IMG/VR virus record: IMGVR_UViG_3300020042_013559
Source: an uncultured virus (IMG/VR IMGVR_UViG_3300020042_013559)
Lineage: Duplodnaviria > Heunggongvirae > Uroviricota > Caudoviricetes
DNA: 60,463 nt
Direction: 5' to 3' (one strand)
Shown: piece after piece, positions 10,043 through 20,192 of the stretch
Layout: each line of letters opens with the position of its first letter
Numbering within the stretch: position 1 is the first letter of the stretch
Program-made: the position numbers and the translations under genes
Notes under the pieces: model-generated
The model's database searches: none
Told to the model about the DNA's origin: nothing
What the model saw: only the letters and a program-made list of their open reading frames with translations

Positions 10043-10978
10043 ATGACTATTGCAAACAATCTATGGGTCGAAAAGTATCGTCCAGCATGTTTGGATGATA
10101 TTATTTTAGATGAAAAAACAAAAGAGTTTGTAAAAAAATGTCTAGATAAAAAAACTATTACCCACCTTTTGCTTCACGGAAAGCAGGGAATGGGTAAAAC
10201 ATCACTGGCAAAAATTATAGTTAAAGAACTTGATTGTGACCATCTTTATATCAATGCATCCGATACACGAGGTATAGATACTGTTCGGGATGAAATCAAA
10301 AATTTCGTTCAGCTTATGCCAAGTAACGGAAGCATTCAGGTAGTTATTCTTGATGAGTTTGACGGGTTTACACCAGATGCTATGCGGGCATTACGGAATA
10401 TGCTTGAAGAGTATTCAGAAACAAATCGTTTTATTTTTACATGTAATGACATTAATCGTATTATCGAACCAATACGCAGCCGGGTTTATGAAATAAACAT
10501 AACAAATCCTCCTATCAAAAAGTGTGTGGAACGATGTGTTTTCATCTTAAAAAATGAAAAGATAGCTTTAAACGAAGAAAATAAAAATATAATTTCCAAA
10601 AAAGTTAAAACATTTTATCCGGACATACGTAAAATAATATTTGAACTTCAAACTTCATTAGATCTTTCCATCAATTTAAACGATAGTATTGAAAATGTTG
10701 ATTCGTTTTCATCTAATCTTTTAAACAAAATCAAATCTAGTGATTTTGTTGAACTAAGAAAATATATAATTGAAAATGAAAAGAATTTCGATTCTAATTA
10801 TTATTCCGTTTTAAGAAAAATGTGTGAAATTATTTTCTATTCAGATATAGGCATAGAAAAGATAAAAAAATGCTTTGTGGAATTGTCGGAAGCAATTTAT
10901 CGTAGCAAAAATACCTCTGATCAGGAGATTAATTTCAGTTCCTGTATGTGCAAATTACAGGATATAATTAAGACTTAG
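10043..10978 (+). CDS. gp44: Clamp loader AAA+ ATPase subunit
   Basis: LWVEKYRP, Walker A GKQGMGKT, INASD, Walker B ILDEFD, IRSR. Confidence 0.95.
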   Translation: MTIANNLWVEKYRPACLDDIILDEKTKEFVKKCLDKKTITHLLLHGKQGMGKTSLAKIIVKELDCDHLYINASDTRGIDTVRDEIKNFVQLMPSNGSIQVVILDEFDGFTPDAMRALRNMLEEYSETNRFIFTCNDINRIIEPIRSRVYEINITNPPIKKCVERCVFILKNEKIALNEENKNIISKKVKTFYPDIRKIIFELQTSLDLSINLNDSIENVDSFSSNLLNKIKSSDFVELRKYIIENEKNFDSNYYSVLRKMCEIIFYSDIGIEKIKKCFVELSEAIYRSKNTSDQEINFSSCMCKLQDIIKT

Positions 10979-11576
10979 GAAGATAAGCGTAAGTATAAGA
11001 AGCTACGCTAGGGTTCTTATTACCTTCAGCTGGACTGGAAGGTATCTTTACATTGGTGTTCTTTAAGTCAATTTCAGAAGCAGTATTCTTTCCATTACCA
11101 CGATCAGTATTTGAAGTTTGATAAGCAGGATTTGCATATTGAGGATCGTTGCTTTTTTCCTCTTCAATTTCTTTTGGTTTGATATTGCTATTATTGGGTC
11201 TCCTTAAACCTTCTGGAACTTCGGGCAGATTTGGATAATAATCCTTATACTCAAGAATAGCAGCAGGCAAGGTTATAAAATCCTTATAACACCCTGGAGC
11301 CAGTTCCAGAGTAATATCACAATAAAAATCATCAGCATTGTTTGCTTCGACAAATCCTGGTTGAGTGCTTGGGCGATTCGTTTTTACAGCACTTATTCTC
11401 ATTAAAAGACCACTTTCAGCGAACTGTTTTGCTTTCTCAAGGATGGCAGATCCTTGTTTTTTAAACCAATCACTCTTTAATGCATCATCTTTGAATTTGA
11501 CAATATCCCCAGTCAAAAAACCACCTCGTGTATATCTGCTAATAAAAGATTCGTATAAGCTTATAAATTTTCTCAT
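10968..11576 (-). CDS. Hypothetical late protein, possible internal head protein
   Basis: 202 aa; TAAATA 6 nt upstream; N-terminus MRKFISLYE. Confidence 0.65.
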   Translation of the reverse strand: MRKFISLYESFISRYTRGGFLTGDIVKFKDDALKSDWFKKQGSAILEKAKQFAESGLLMRISAVKTNRPSTQPGFVEANNADDFYCDITLELAPGCYKDFITLPAAILEYKDYYPNLPEVPEGLRRPNNSNIKPKEIEEEKSNDPQYANPAYQTSNTDRGNGKNTASEIDLKNTNVKIPSSPAEGNKNPSVASYTYAYLPKS

Positions 11577-11582
11577 CTAGAT

Positions 11583-11617
11583 TATTTACCCTGAAAAACA
11601 AACTTTTATAATAAATA
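11583..11617. promoter_or_regulatory. Divergent late promoters
   Basis: TAAATA on - at 11583-11588 (6 nt before ATG 11576) and on + at 11612-11617 (10 nt before gp25). Confidence 0.7.
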
Positions 11618-11627
11618 TTTTAAAAAT

Positions 11628-12101
11628 ATGGCAACTCCTAGTCTTCAATTTTTAAAAAAAGGTAAACTTGTTAGTGATCATATCTATAAAGATATTCAGC
11701 TAGATTTAGAAAAAAATTACACCCAAGGTCTTCAATTACGTAAAATACGTGAAATCAAGGACTTAAGACCTGATTATGACTTGGAAGCTATAAAAAACAG
11801 TTTGTTTAATCTTTTCACAACTCTTCCAGGTCAAAAAATCCTAAATCCTCCGTATGGATTGAATTTAATGCAATATGTTTTTACAAATTTAACTGAAAAT
11901 AATGCACGTTTAATGGCCCAAACCGTTCTGCAAGGGGTAAAAATATTTGAACCGAGGGTCTCCATTTTAAATATAAGTGTGATTGTTAATTTTGACGAAA
12001 GCCAATATGATATAAATTTGCGAATTTCAGTACCCTCACTAAATCTAGAGAATGTTTCTCTTAAAGGAGTACTTAGAGATAGTGGATATTACTTTATATA
12101 A
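11628..12101 (+). CDS. gp25: Baseplate wedge protein gp25
   Basis: AIKNSLFNLFTTLPGQKILNPPYG...FEPRV motif. Confidence 0.92.
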   Translation: MATPSLQFLKKGKLVSDHIYKDIQLDLEKNYTQGLQLRKIREIKDLRPDYDLEAIKNSLFNLFTTLPGQKILNPPYGLNLMQYVFTNLTENNARLMAQTVLQGVKIFEPRVSILNISVIVNFDESQYDINLRISVPSLNLENVSLKGVLRDSGYYFI

Positions 12102-12106
12102 AATAT

Positions 12107-13945
12107 ATGTCAAACGAAATTAGCAAAACAGATTTTCCTTTAAATCAAAATGCATATGTTGCTTTTGATGCCCAAAGTTTAAAAGCATTGATGTTGGATC
12201 AATTGAATCGGGGAGGTGTATTCACCGATCAAATATTTGAAGGCAGTAATTTCAATAGTTTGTTGGATGTTATTGCTTATAGCTATCACACTCTTTTGTA
12301 TTATTTGAATCAAACATCGTCTGAAAGCATGTTTACTCAATCCCAAATTTTTGAAAACATGAACAGAATTGTTAAATTAATTGATTATAAGCCATTAGGA
12401 TATCAAACTTGTGTTCTTTCATTTAATTCTATCGCAAACCAGCAGCTTCCTGTAGGCACATATACCATACCTCGTTACTCGTATTTTATTGTTAATGGAA
12501 TTAACTATTCTTTCAAAGAGGATATAACATTTACAAAATCATTGTCTGGTACTGTTTCCTTGGATCAGTTGAGCAATAACAATCTTTTATATCAAGGATC
12601 ATTTGTTGAGTATCCGATTTATTTCGCCACAGGAGAAGCATTTGAAGTTATCAGACTTGTTTTAAGAGATCAAAACGGAAATTCTCCATTTGTGGATAAT
12701 TTTGCTTTTGATGTGTATGTAAAAGACAATAGAACTTCAGTATGGACCATGTGGAATCGTGTTCCTAATTTATTTTTAAGCAATAATCAAGATTCTGTTT
12801 ATGAATTGAGATTCAACGAAAATGGCCGCTATGAAGTTAAATTCGGAAATAATATTACTGGAAGACAATTAAACCCTAGTGATCAAGTTTTAATTTATTA
12901 TCTAAGAAGTGATGGAACATCAGGTCAAATAAGTCCAAATATTTTGGATGGTAACAGTCTATTCCTTTTCTCTAGCACCAATTATTCTGCTGTTGTGAAT
13001 GATACCAAGAGTGATAATCTTGCATATTTAACTCCTTTACAGATTCAATTGTTAAGTTTTACAAATGACAAACCTTCCACTATTTTCGGAGATCCTGAAA
13101 CAGTAAATGATATCAGAAAGAATGCACCGAATACATTTAAACGTCAATATCGTCTCATCACTGCAGAAGATTTTAAAAGCTATATTTTCACCAATTTCAG
13201 AAATATTATTCAAGATCTTCAGGTTGTGAATAATCAGGATTATTTGAATACACACATAAAGTATCTGTATCAAATAGGTTTGAAAGCACCTTCATTGGAA
13301 AGTCGTCTTTTGGCAAACCAGATAACATTTGCCGATACATGTAATTTTAACAATATATATGTTTATCTTGTTCCCCGCATATATGAATCCAATTCTATTA
13401 AATTTAACAATAATTTCGCAACAGATGCACAAAAACAATATATCGATAGTTTTGTAAACAACATAAAATTAACAACATCTGAAGTTGTTTATATGGATCC
13501 TGTTTATATGGCATTTAATCTTGGAATTTCGTTGCCAATTGAAACATTGGATAAGGACATTTATAAACAAACAAAACTTGTTATAGTAAAAAGGGCAGAT
13601 TCTAGAATCAATGATGATGAAATTCAAAATTCTATCATTAGAATTTTTGAAAATTATTTCAATCCAAATAATTGTGTATTGGCTCAAACTATCAGTTTAA
13701 CAGAACTTAACAATTCGATTGGTGAAACAAAAGGTGTTAGAAGCTTTTATACTCAAAGAACTACAGAAGACGGTAGAATTCTTACAACAGATGGTTTAAG
13801 TGTTTTGGTTTGGAACCCGGTTTATGACAGAGAAGATATCATTGTAACAACTCAAAATTATAATCTTGCGTATTTTCAATTTCCTTATCTTTATGATAAA
13901 GAAAACTTCTTACAAAGGATTGAAATAATATCTGAAACAATTTAA
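12107..13945 (+). CDS. gp6: Baseplate wedge protein gp6
   Basis: FTDQIFEGSNFNSLLDVIAY, YEVKFGNNITG, ETVNDIRKNAP...RLITAEDF. Confidence 0.92.
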   Translation: MSNEISKTDFPLNQNAYVAFDAQSLKALMLDQLNRGGVFTDQIFEGSNFNSLLDVIAYSYHTLLYYLNQTSSESMFTQSQIFENMNRIVKLIDYKPLGYQTCVLSFNSIANQQLPVGTYTIPRYSYFIVNGINYSFKEDITFTKSLSGTVSLDQLSNNNLLYQGSFVEYPIYFATGEAFEVIRLVLRDQNGNSPFVDNFAFDVYVKDNRTSVWTMWNRVPNLFLSNNQDSVYELRFNENGRYEVKFGNNITGRQLNPSDQVLIYYLRSDGTSGQISPNILDGNSLFLFSSTNYSAVVNDTKSDNLAYLTPLQIQLLSFTNDKPSTIFGDPETVNDIRKNAPNTFKRQYRLITAEDFKSYIFTNFRNIIQDLQVVNNQDYLNTHIKYLYQIGLKAPSLESRLLANQITFADTCNFNNIYVYLVPRIYESNSIKFNNNFATDAQKQYIDSFVNNIKLTTSEVVYMDPVYMAFNLGISLPIETLDKDIYKQTKLVIVKRADSRINDDEIQNSIIRIFENYFNPNNCVLAQTISLTELNNSIGETKGVRSFYTQRTTEDGRILTTDGLSVLVWNPVYDREDIIVTTQNYNLAYFQFPYLYDKENFLQRIEIISETI

Positions 13946-13947
13946 AA

Positions 13948-16900
13948 ATGGCATGTACATACGTAAATTTATCTTTGACAGATTATACCAATACCCAGGT
14001 TGCTTCAACCTACACATTGGATATAACACCTCTTACTTTTGTTGCAACATTATCATCTAGTAGCACATTTTTAAGCGATAGAAGAGGGTTATGGAATTTT
14101 GGAGATGGTTCATATTCTGAATCTTTATCCACAAAACATGCATATAGGTGGCCCGGAATATATGATGTTTCTTTTTTTGCATATACAAGCGCAGGCGATT
14201 CAATACAAGCATGCCAAACATTTAAGATTTCAGCATATAACTACATTGGTAATTTTCTAAAAACAACTTATTTAGGAGATGATCAAATCGCATCATATCC
14301 TTCTGGACAACCGACAGATGACATTATCATATCAAGATTCAATTCTTGGCAGTCATATCCTGCCCTTTCAGCAGATGGTTATACACTTTATTTTTATGCA
14401 AGTGGAAGTAATTCAGATTATTTGGATTTAGATACATATTCAAAAGATCCTTGGGCACATCTTCAATCTTATTTCTTTTTTGTAAAAAAAGAAAACAATC
14501 GTTTTGAAATCTTAAGCTCTGCAAAAACAACAATTGAGCCAATTTATGTTTCTTTATCAAATGGATCTTTGGTTGAAAGTTCAATTTCAGTTGATGGTTC
14601 AGTGTTGGCCGGAACTAGTGGAATTGCAATTGTGAATTATATAGATCAAAAACCAAAAAATTTAACTTCAGAACAACCCGTAATACTGTTCACTCAATTA
14701 GACATATCAAAGTTTCCCACAGAAAATAATGTTTTGAATGATACTCAAAAAGATTTTATTAGTTTACCTATTGAAAATTTCTCATCATTAGAAATACCTG
14801 TAAAAATACGTTATAACGCTGCTACTTCATTAAAAATTTCTTCTAATGGAATTGATGGAGAAGGAAATCAAGATGATTCATTTATTATAAATCCAATAAA
14901 ATGGCAAAATTATCCAATTTCTTTCTTTATAAAATTAAAAGATTCATTTAATTATTCTACAAAACATTATCCTAAACTTAATTTTAACAGAACAAATAAT
15001 TTTTTTGATATTACTTGTGATCTTATTTCTTTATCAACACAAAAAGTCATTTCAAATATTCATTTTTATGAAAATACAAATATAAAAAATGTCACACGAA
15101 CTGGAGGATTTTATGCCGGATATTTTGTAAGTGATAATACTCTTGAAAATGTAGCCCTTACAGCATCTGTTAGAGTTTTTGATAATCCTTATTATTTCAA
15201 GGATTCTCCTTATGCATGGTTGGGACAGGGACTGGATTATTATTCTTATTCAATTTCTTCAAGTGATGCTGTCGCATCCAAATTGTTCAGATATGGAAAA
15301 TCAAGAATTTATAATGCATGTGGTCCTACGTTGTCCATGATTTTATCATCATCATTAAATTCTCCTACCATTTTTTCTGGAATTCTAAAAAATCCTTTTT
15401 CAATTGCTGTCAGTCCGTCTGAAGATGATTCAGTTTGGTTTGCAGATGCAGACCGAGATATAATTTATAAACTTACAAAAGACGGATCTGTTATATTCAA
15501 CATAAATCTTTCGAATGCTCCTGTTTTAACGGGTTCTGGTATTGCTTATATGAACTTAACTGGTCCTCTTTCAGGTGCCACACCATCTTCAATTGCTTTG
15601 GATGGAGATGCAAATGCGTGGGTTACACTATATACAGCAGGTTCCTGCTTAAAAATAGATAAAGATACTGGATATATTATAAAATCAGCATATCCAACAT
15701 ATCCTGATGTTGATTTTTCAATTTTGCACACATTTGGAGGATCTCCATTAGCAACAATTTCAGGTATTCCTATGGAAGTATTTTTGGATTACAGCTTCTC
15801 ACCTCTTAGCGGTATGTATGCCACAGAATCCACCATGTTACCTTCTTGTGTTGAAACTGATTTAAACAACAATATATGGGTTAGCTATTCAAATCCATTT
15901 AAAGGGTATCTTGTTAAGTTTGATTCAAACGGAACATTTATAGAGGCAAAAGAATACCCAACATTATACAGTCCACAACAATTAATTATTGATAGAAACA
16001 ATAAAGTGTATTTGACAGTTTCAACATACATGAAACCTTTTTCAAGTGTTTTAGATAGAAATGATTTCATATACAAATATGATTCAGAAACTAGATTGTT
16101 AGAAACCGGATTTCCTTTGAGTGGTTATAGCAGTTTTGGTCCGCTTGCCGTGGATTCGGATCAATATGTTTATGCTCTTTATAATAAAGAAAGCATTTTA
16201 AGATTAAAAACTTATAATGATCTTACATCATTCCAAATTGGACTTGGAACAAATCTTACCAATGAATATCAAAGCATAGATGCATTGGCTTGCGATACTG
16301 AAAACAATCTGTGGGCAGTTAATGGATTTGATAAAAAGATCTATTTGTATCCTTTACAAAATCCTTTCATTATTTCAAACATTCAGAATGTAAGTCAAAT
16401 CGACACACAAGATATAAATCCTAACAATCTTCGTGCATATGGTGATTGGACTGGCATGCGATGGATTAACAAATATTATTTCAATACAAGAACAAGAACT
16501 ATCACTGGTCAGAGTAATTCTTTTAACATTTATCCATTAAGTGGAAAATATGGAATTGCTAAAATTAATGAAGATTTTGATATGATTGGAAATATAAAAT
16601 CATATATTTTACAAGAATCACTACAAAATAGTCCAGCATTTTTCAATAATTTTCTTGGACAGATTGTAGGAGATTCTAATTCTCCTTTGAATATTCTTGG
16701 AAAAAGAATATATGAAAAAATAGCAAATTTCACAATGAATAATGTAGATCCTGATGCATGTGGATTGGCACAATTGAAAAGTATGGAGGAAACTATAGGT
16801 GTAATATTACAGGATTATAATTTTCCATTTCCTTCTGATTTACAAAGATTAGTTGATTTATTTTCTTGTAAAGAATCTGTTTTAAGAGGTCAAGGAAATG

Positions 16901-17388
16901 AATTTTCTTCTAATTATGACAAAAGACAAACATTAAACAATCCAAACTATGGACGAAATTTAGGTTATCTTCTTCCAATCGAAACAACCATATTACCAAC
17001 ATCAGGTCAGGTTGTTTTATTTGAAAAGTTTGGACAAGTATATTCAGAAGGAAACTTAACAAATTTCGGAGTTGTAAAGAATAGTTTTCTATCTGGGGGA
17101 ACCCAAGTGGTTCGATTGAGCGATATTAATACTGATTGGGGTTGGACATTGGTTCTTGGTGATGGAATAAGCGGAACTGAAGTATCCAGATATTATGAAA
17201 TTTACAGCTACAAACCTGGCTCAGATGAAATTTTTTATGATAATGTAATAGACTGGGATAGCAAATTTACAACAATAACAAAAAACCAAAGCTCATATTA
17301 TTCATGGTTCGGTGATGATCAACTGACCGATAATATGATAAATTATCAACTCTCTGTAGGGTTGGGGATATTAAGTTCAGGTAATTAA
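13948..17388 (+). CDS. Large baseplate protein, gp7-like, with PKD domain and NHL-type beta-propeller
   Basis: WNFGDGS...HAYRWPGIYDV (PKD); repeats such as SIALDGDANAWV, CVETDLNNNIWV, LACDTENNLWAV; follows gp6. Confidence 0.7.
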   Translation: MACTYVNLSLTDYTNTQVASTYTLDITPLTFVATLSSSSTFLSDRRGLWNFGDGSYSESLSTKHAYRWPGIYDVSFFAYTSAGDSIQACQTFKISAYNYIGNFLKTTYLGDDQIASYPSGQPTDDIIISRFNSWQSYPALSADGYTLYFYASGSNSDYLDLDTYSKDPWAHLQSYFFFVKKENNRFEILSSAKTTIEPIYVSLSNGSLVESSISVDGSVLAGTSGIAIVNYIDQKPKNLTSEQPVILFTQLDISKFPTENNVLNDTQKDFISLPIENFSSLEIPVKIRYNAATSLKISSNGIDGEGNQDDSFIINPIKWQNYPISFFIKLKDSFNYSTKHYPKLNFNRTNNFFDITCDLISLSTQKVISNIHFYENTNIKNVTRTGGFYAGYFVSDNTLENVALTASVRVFDNPYYFKDSPYAWLGQGLDYYSYSISSSDAVASKLFRYGKSRIYNACGPTLSMILSSSLNSPTIFSGILKNPFSIAVSPSEDDSVWFADADRDIIYKLTKDGSVIFNINLSNAPVLTGSGIAYMNLTGPLSGATPSSIALDGDANAWVTLYTAGSCLKIDKDTGYIIKSAYPTYPDVDFSILHTFGGSPLATISGIPMEVFLDYSFSPLSGMYATESTMLPSCVETDLNNNIWVSYSNPFKGYLVKFDSNGTFIEAKEYPTLYSPQQLIIDRNNKVYLTVSTYMKPFSSVLDRNDFIYKYDSETRLLETGFPLSGYSSFGPLAVDSDQYVYALYNKESILRLKTYNDLTSFQIGLGTNLTNEYQSIDALACDTENNLWAVNGFDKKIYLYPLQNPFIISNIQNVSQIDTQDINPNNLRAYGDWTGMRWINKYYFNTRTRTITGQSNSFNIYPLSGKYGIAKINEDFDMIGNIKSYILQESLQNSPAFFNNFLGQIVGDSNSPLNILGKRIYEKIANFTMNNVDPDACGLAQLKSMEETIGVILQDYNFPFPSDLQRLVDLFSCKESVLRGQGNEFSSNYDKRQTLNNPNYGRNLGYLLPIETTILPTSGQVVLFEKFGQVYSEGNLTNFGVVKNSFLSGGTQVVRLSDINTDWGWTLVLGDGISGTEVSRYYEIYSYKPGSDEIFYDNVIDWDSKFTTITKNQSSYYSWFGDDQLTDNMINYQLSVGLGILSSGN

Positions 17389-17392
17389 TCTT

Positions 17393-20164
17393 ATGTCACA
17401 TTTAGATCAAACATACATACCAAACAATTCAGTTTTGAATCCTGAAAATACACTGGTTCCAGGTGATTTTGAAGCGCCATATACACTAATTTCATGGTTA
17501 GAAAACATGAATATATTAAGCACAGATTCTTCTGCGTATTTTTTTACATACACACGCTATTTGAATGCCTGGTTTGACTACAATAAATTTTCAAAAAATA
17601 GCACAACTGAATATACACGTATAATTTATATAAATTTATTAAAAGAAATTGCTTTAAAATATTCAACTTTTGATGAAAAAAGATTTTTAAGCAATCTAAA
17701 TTTTAATGATAATCAATCATTAGATGTGGCTATACCTTTCTTTTCTAAAAAAATAAAAAGAATATGTCAATATTATGCTCAAAACAGAGATAAAGTACAA
17801 ACTGGAGTAATACGTGCTAATTTAAAAGGAAGTAATTTTGGAACAGAAACGCTAATTAAAAAATCAATTATCGAGATACTTGAAAATAATGAATTTGAAC
17901 CTACTGGCATAAATTTACCATCTCTTTCATCAGTTATAAATGATCTGCATGTTCAAATAGAAGAAAAATTTGACACACAACAATATTATTTTGATATTGT
18001 TCCAGATTCTTCATATGTAAAATACGGAATAACAGATCCAGAAAGACAAAAATTCTTTAGTTTGGACTCTGTAAATGTTAATGATAAAGGATTGTATGAT
18101 TTAAACGCAGCAATTCAAGATGCAATCCGAGCTTATCCATTATTTCTTAATGAATTGGGAACCACAAATTTCTCAATAAATTATTTTCTTTCTGGAGTTG
18201 ACTATGGCTTTTTAAGTTCAAGAGATTTTCAATTATACACGAATGATTCGATTGCAGAACATACAAACGTTTATAATTACGGAAAATATTATGAAAAAAA
18301 TATGGGGTCTGACCTTTATCTGTTGTCAGGCACAGCTGATTTTAACACATTAAGTTCAAAAATATTAGAATCTGCAACTCCTTATCAAAATTTATTAAAC
18401 CGTAGATATCCGACTGTTTCTCATATTTCAGAAGAAACATCCGCAAAACGTGAAAAATATCTGGGTAAGTTTTTCACAAATAATAATCTAGGAATTTCGT
18501 ATTGGAATACTTTCAAAAAAGAGTTTACAATTTCAAATTCACTTTCTTCAAATCAAACAATTGTAATACCAGATCCTGAAGTCGGATTTGATGCAATAGG
18601 ATTATCATTACAGGAACAATCTTTAAGTGGTATTGGATATTTACGTGATGTACAATGGAATCGTTACGATTGGTCAAATGATTATGCATTTGGTAGTATA
18701 TATTCTGATCCAAAAAAACAAAAATTTTATTCCTATACTAACAAAAGCGAATTAGATTATAATACTGATGAAGGTGTTTCTAGAATAAGCGATTATCAGG
18801 ATTTTTGGAATGAGCAACTGATATGGAGAAATAAGGATATTTTTGATTTCAAAAATGATGATTTTTACCCTGTAATTGATAGATCTGATTATCTTTTATA
18901 CAATCAAGGAATATTGATAAAACACAAAACAGATATTTTCGGAAACCATTTTGGTTTCTTTAAGAATTCTTTAAAAAGGGCATATGAACAAACATCACTA
19001 TCAGCATACCCATCAGAAACTATTATCAATAATTCTTCCACAGAACCTTTATCTTCATTTTATGATACAGAAAACTATCAAAAAGGAACTGTGTTTATAC
19101 GTTATTATGATGATTCAAATATAGTTCCTTTAAGTGCAGCCCTAAGTGCGGTGTTTATAAAGTACCCTGAAAATGTTAGAAATGAAATGCAAAATTCAAT
19201 CATTAATTTTGATTTAATTTTCAACACAATAATAATAGAAACTCCAAAATATATAATTTTTGATAAATTAAATTTTGATTTTCAAACTAAAATTTTCGAT
19301 TCAAACTATGTTAAAACCACATATTTTACAAAATATACATCTTCATCTGCTTTGGAAAACAGTTCTAATTTTTGGTATGATGAAGAATATAAAAACATTA
19401 TAGTTTCATTTTTAACACTTTTCAACGAAAATTCATCTTCAAATAACAAGATTTTATATCCTAGAATATATGCAGCAAATATTCATGATTTGGATTTTGA
19501 TTTGCTTTTCCCAACAGTTTCCGATTACAATACTTTAAGCTCATTTGCATTTGATTTGGGTTTGGAATCATTTAATGCTGTCGTTTGCGATAAAAGTCTT
19601 TTAAATTATAATCACGAATCACAAGTTTTAGGTCAAATTGTAAAATGTTATGATAAAACAGGTGTTTCATTACTTTTAAATTATAAATTAATAAGATCTT
19701 TTAATGATCTTAAATTAGATAACGTAATAGCTTTTAAGCCGTGCGGATTCATTTATGACAAAAATTATTCTGATATAACAAACGATCAAACTGTTCGTCA
19801 TACTGGATTAGTCACAGGAATTGTTGGTTCCCAACCATATTTTTCAAGTTTTATTGCATCAAATATTTCATATGCCGGTTATAATTATTATTACATTTCA
19901 ACTGGTTCATTGAGTATAGCTCCTAATGTTTCTGCATTTGTTTTTTGTGATAATACGGTATCCAATACATTTGATGTAAGCATTGATGTGTATAATTTAA
20001 ATCTAAGAGATGTTTATGGTACTTTGGTTTATGATTTTTCCGGACCAAATGAACATTATTTTACAACTATTAACGAATCAATAACTGCACAATTTGGTTC
20101 TTTAATTTTTTCATTAACATATGTTGCCAGTGGACAACATGTATTAAAAACAGAACTCACATGA
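17393..20164 (+). CDS. Large virion structural protein (peripheral baseplate), function unknown
   Basis: 923-aa ORF within the structural operon; no recognisable catalytic motif. Confidence 0.6.
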   Translation: MSHLDQTYIPNNSVLNPENTLVPGDFEAPYTLISWLENMNILSTDSSAYFFTYTRYLNAWFDYNKFSKNSTTEYTRIIYINLLKEIALKYSTFDEKRFLSNLNFNDNQSLDVAIPFFSKKIKRICQYYAQNRDKVQTGVIRANLKGSNFGTETLIKKSIIEILENNEFEPTGINLPSLSSVINDLHVQIEEKFDTQQYYFDIVPDSSYVKYGITDPERQKFFSLDSVNVNDKGLYDLNAAIQDAIRAYPLFLNELGTTNFSINYFLSGVDYGFLSSRDFQLYTNDSIAEHTNVYNYGKYYEKNMGSDLYLLSGTADFNTLSSKILESATPYQNLLNRRYPTVSHISEETSAKREKYLGKFFTNNNLGISYWNTFKKEFTISNSLSSNQTIVIPDPEVGFDAIGLSLQEQSLSGIGYLRDVQWNRYDWSNDYAFGSIYSDPKKQKFYSYTNKSELDYNTDEGVSRISDYQDFWNEQLIWRNKDIFDFKNDDFYPVIDRSDYLLYNQGILIKHKTDIFGNHFGFFKNSLKRAYEQTSLSAYPSETIINNSSTEPLSSFYDTENYQKGTVFIRYYDDSNIVPLSAALSAVFIKYPENVRNEMQNSIINFDLIFNTIIIETPKYIIFDKLNFDFQTKIFDSNYVKTTYFTKYTSSSALENSSNFWYDEEYKNIIVSFLTLFNENSSSNNKILYPRIYAANIHDLDFDLLFPTVSDYNTLSSFAFDLGLESFNAVVCDKSLLNYNHESQVLGQIVKCYDKTGVSLLLNYKLIRSFNDLKLDNVIAFKPCGFIYDKNYSDITNDQTVRHTGLVTGIVGSQPYFSSFIASNISYAGYNYYYISTGSLSIAPNVSAFVFCDNTVSNTFDVSIDVYNLNLRDVYGTLVYDFSGPNEHYFTTINESITAQFGSLIFSLTYVASGQHVLKTELT

Positions 20165-20181
20165 CAAATAAATTTTTAAAA

Positions 20182-20187
20182 TAAATA
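20182..20187 (+). promoter_or_regulatory. Late promoter core TAAATA
   Basis: 5 nt before ATG 20193. Confidence 0.7.
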
Positions 20188-20192
20188 CAAAT

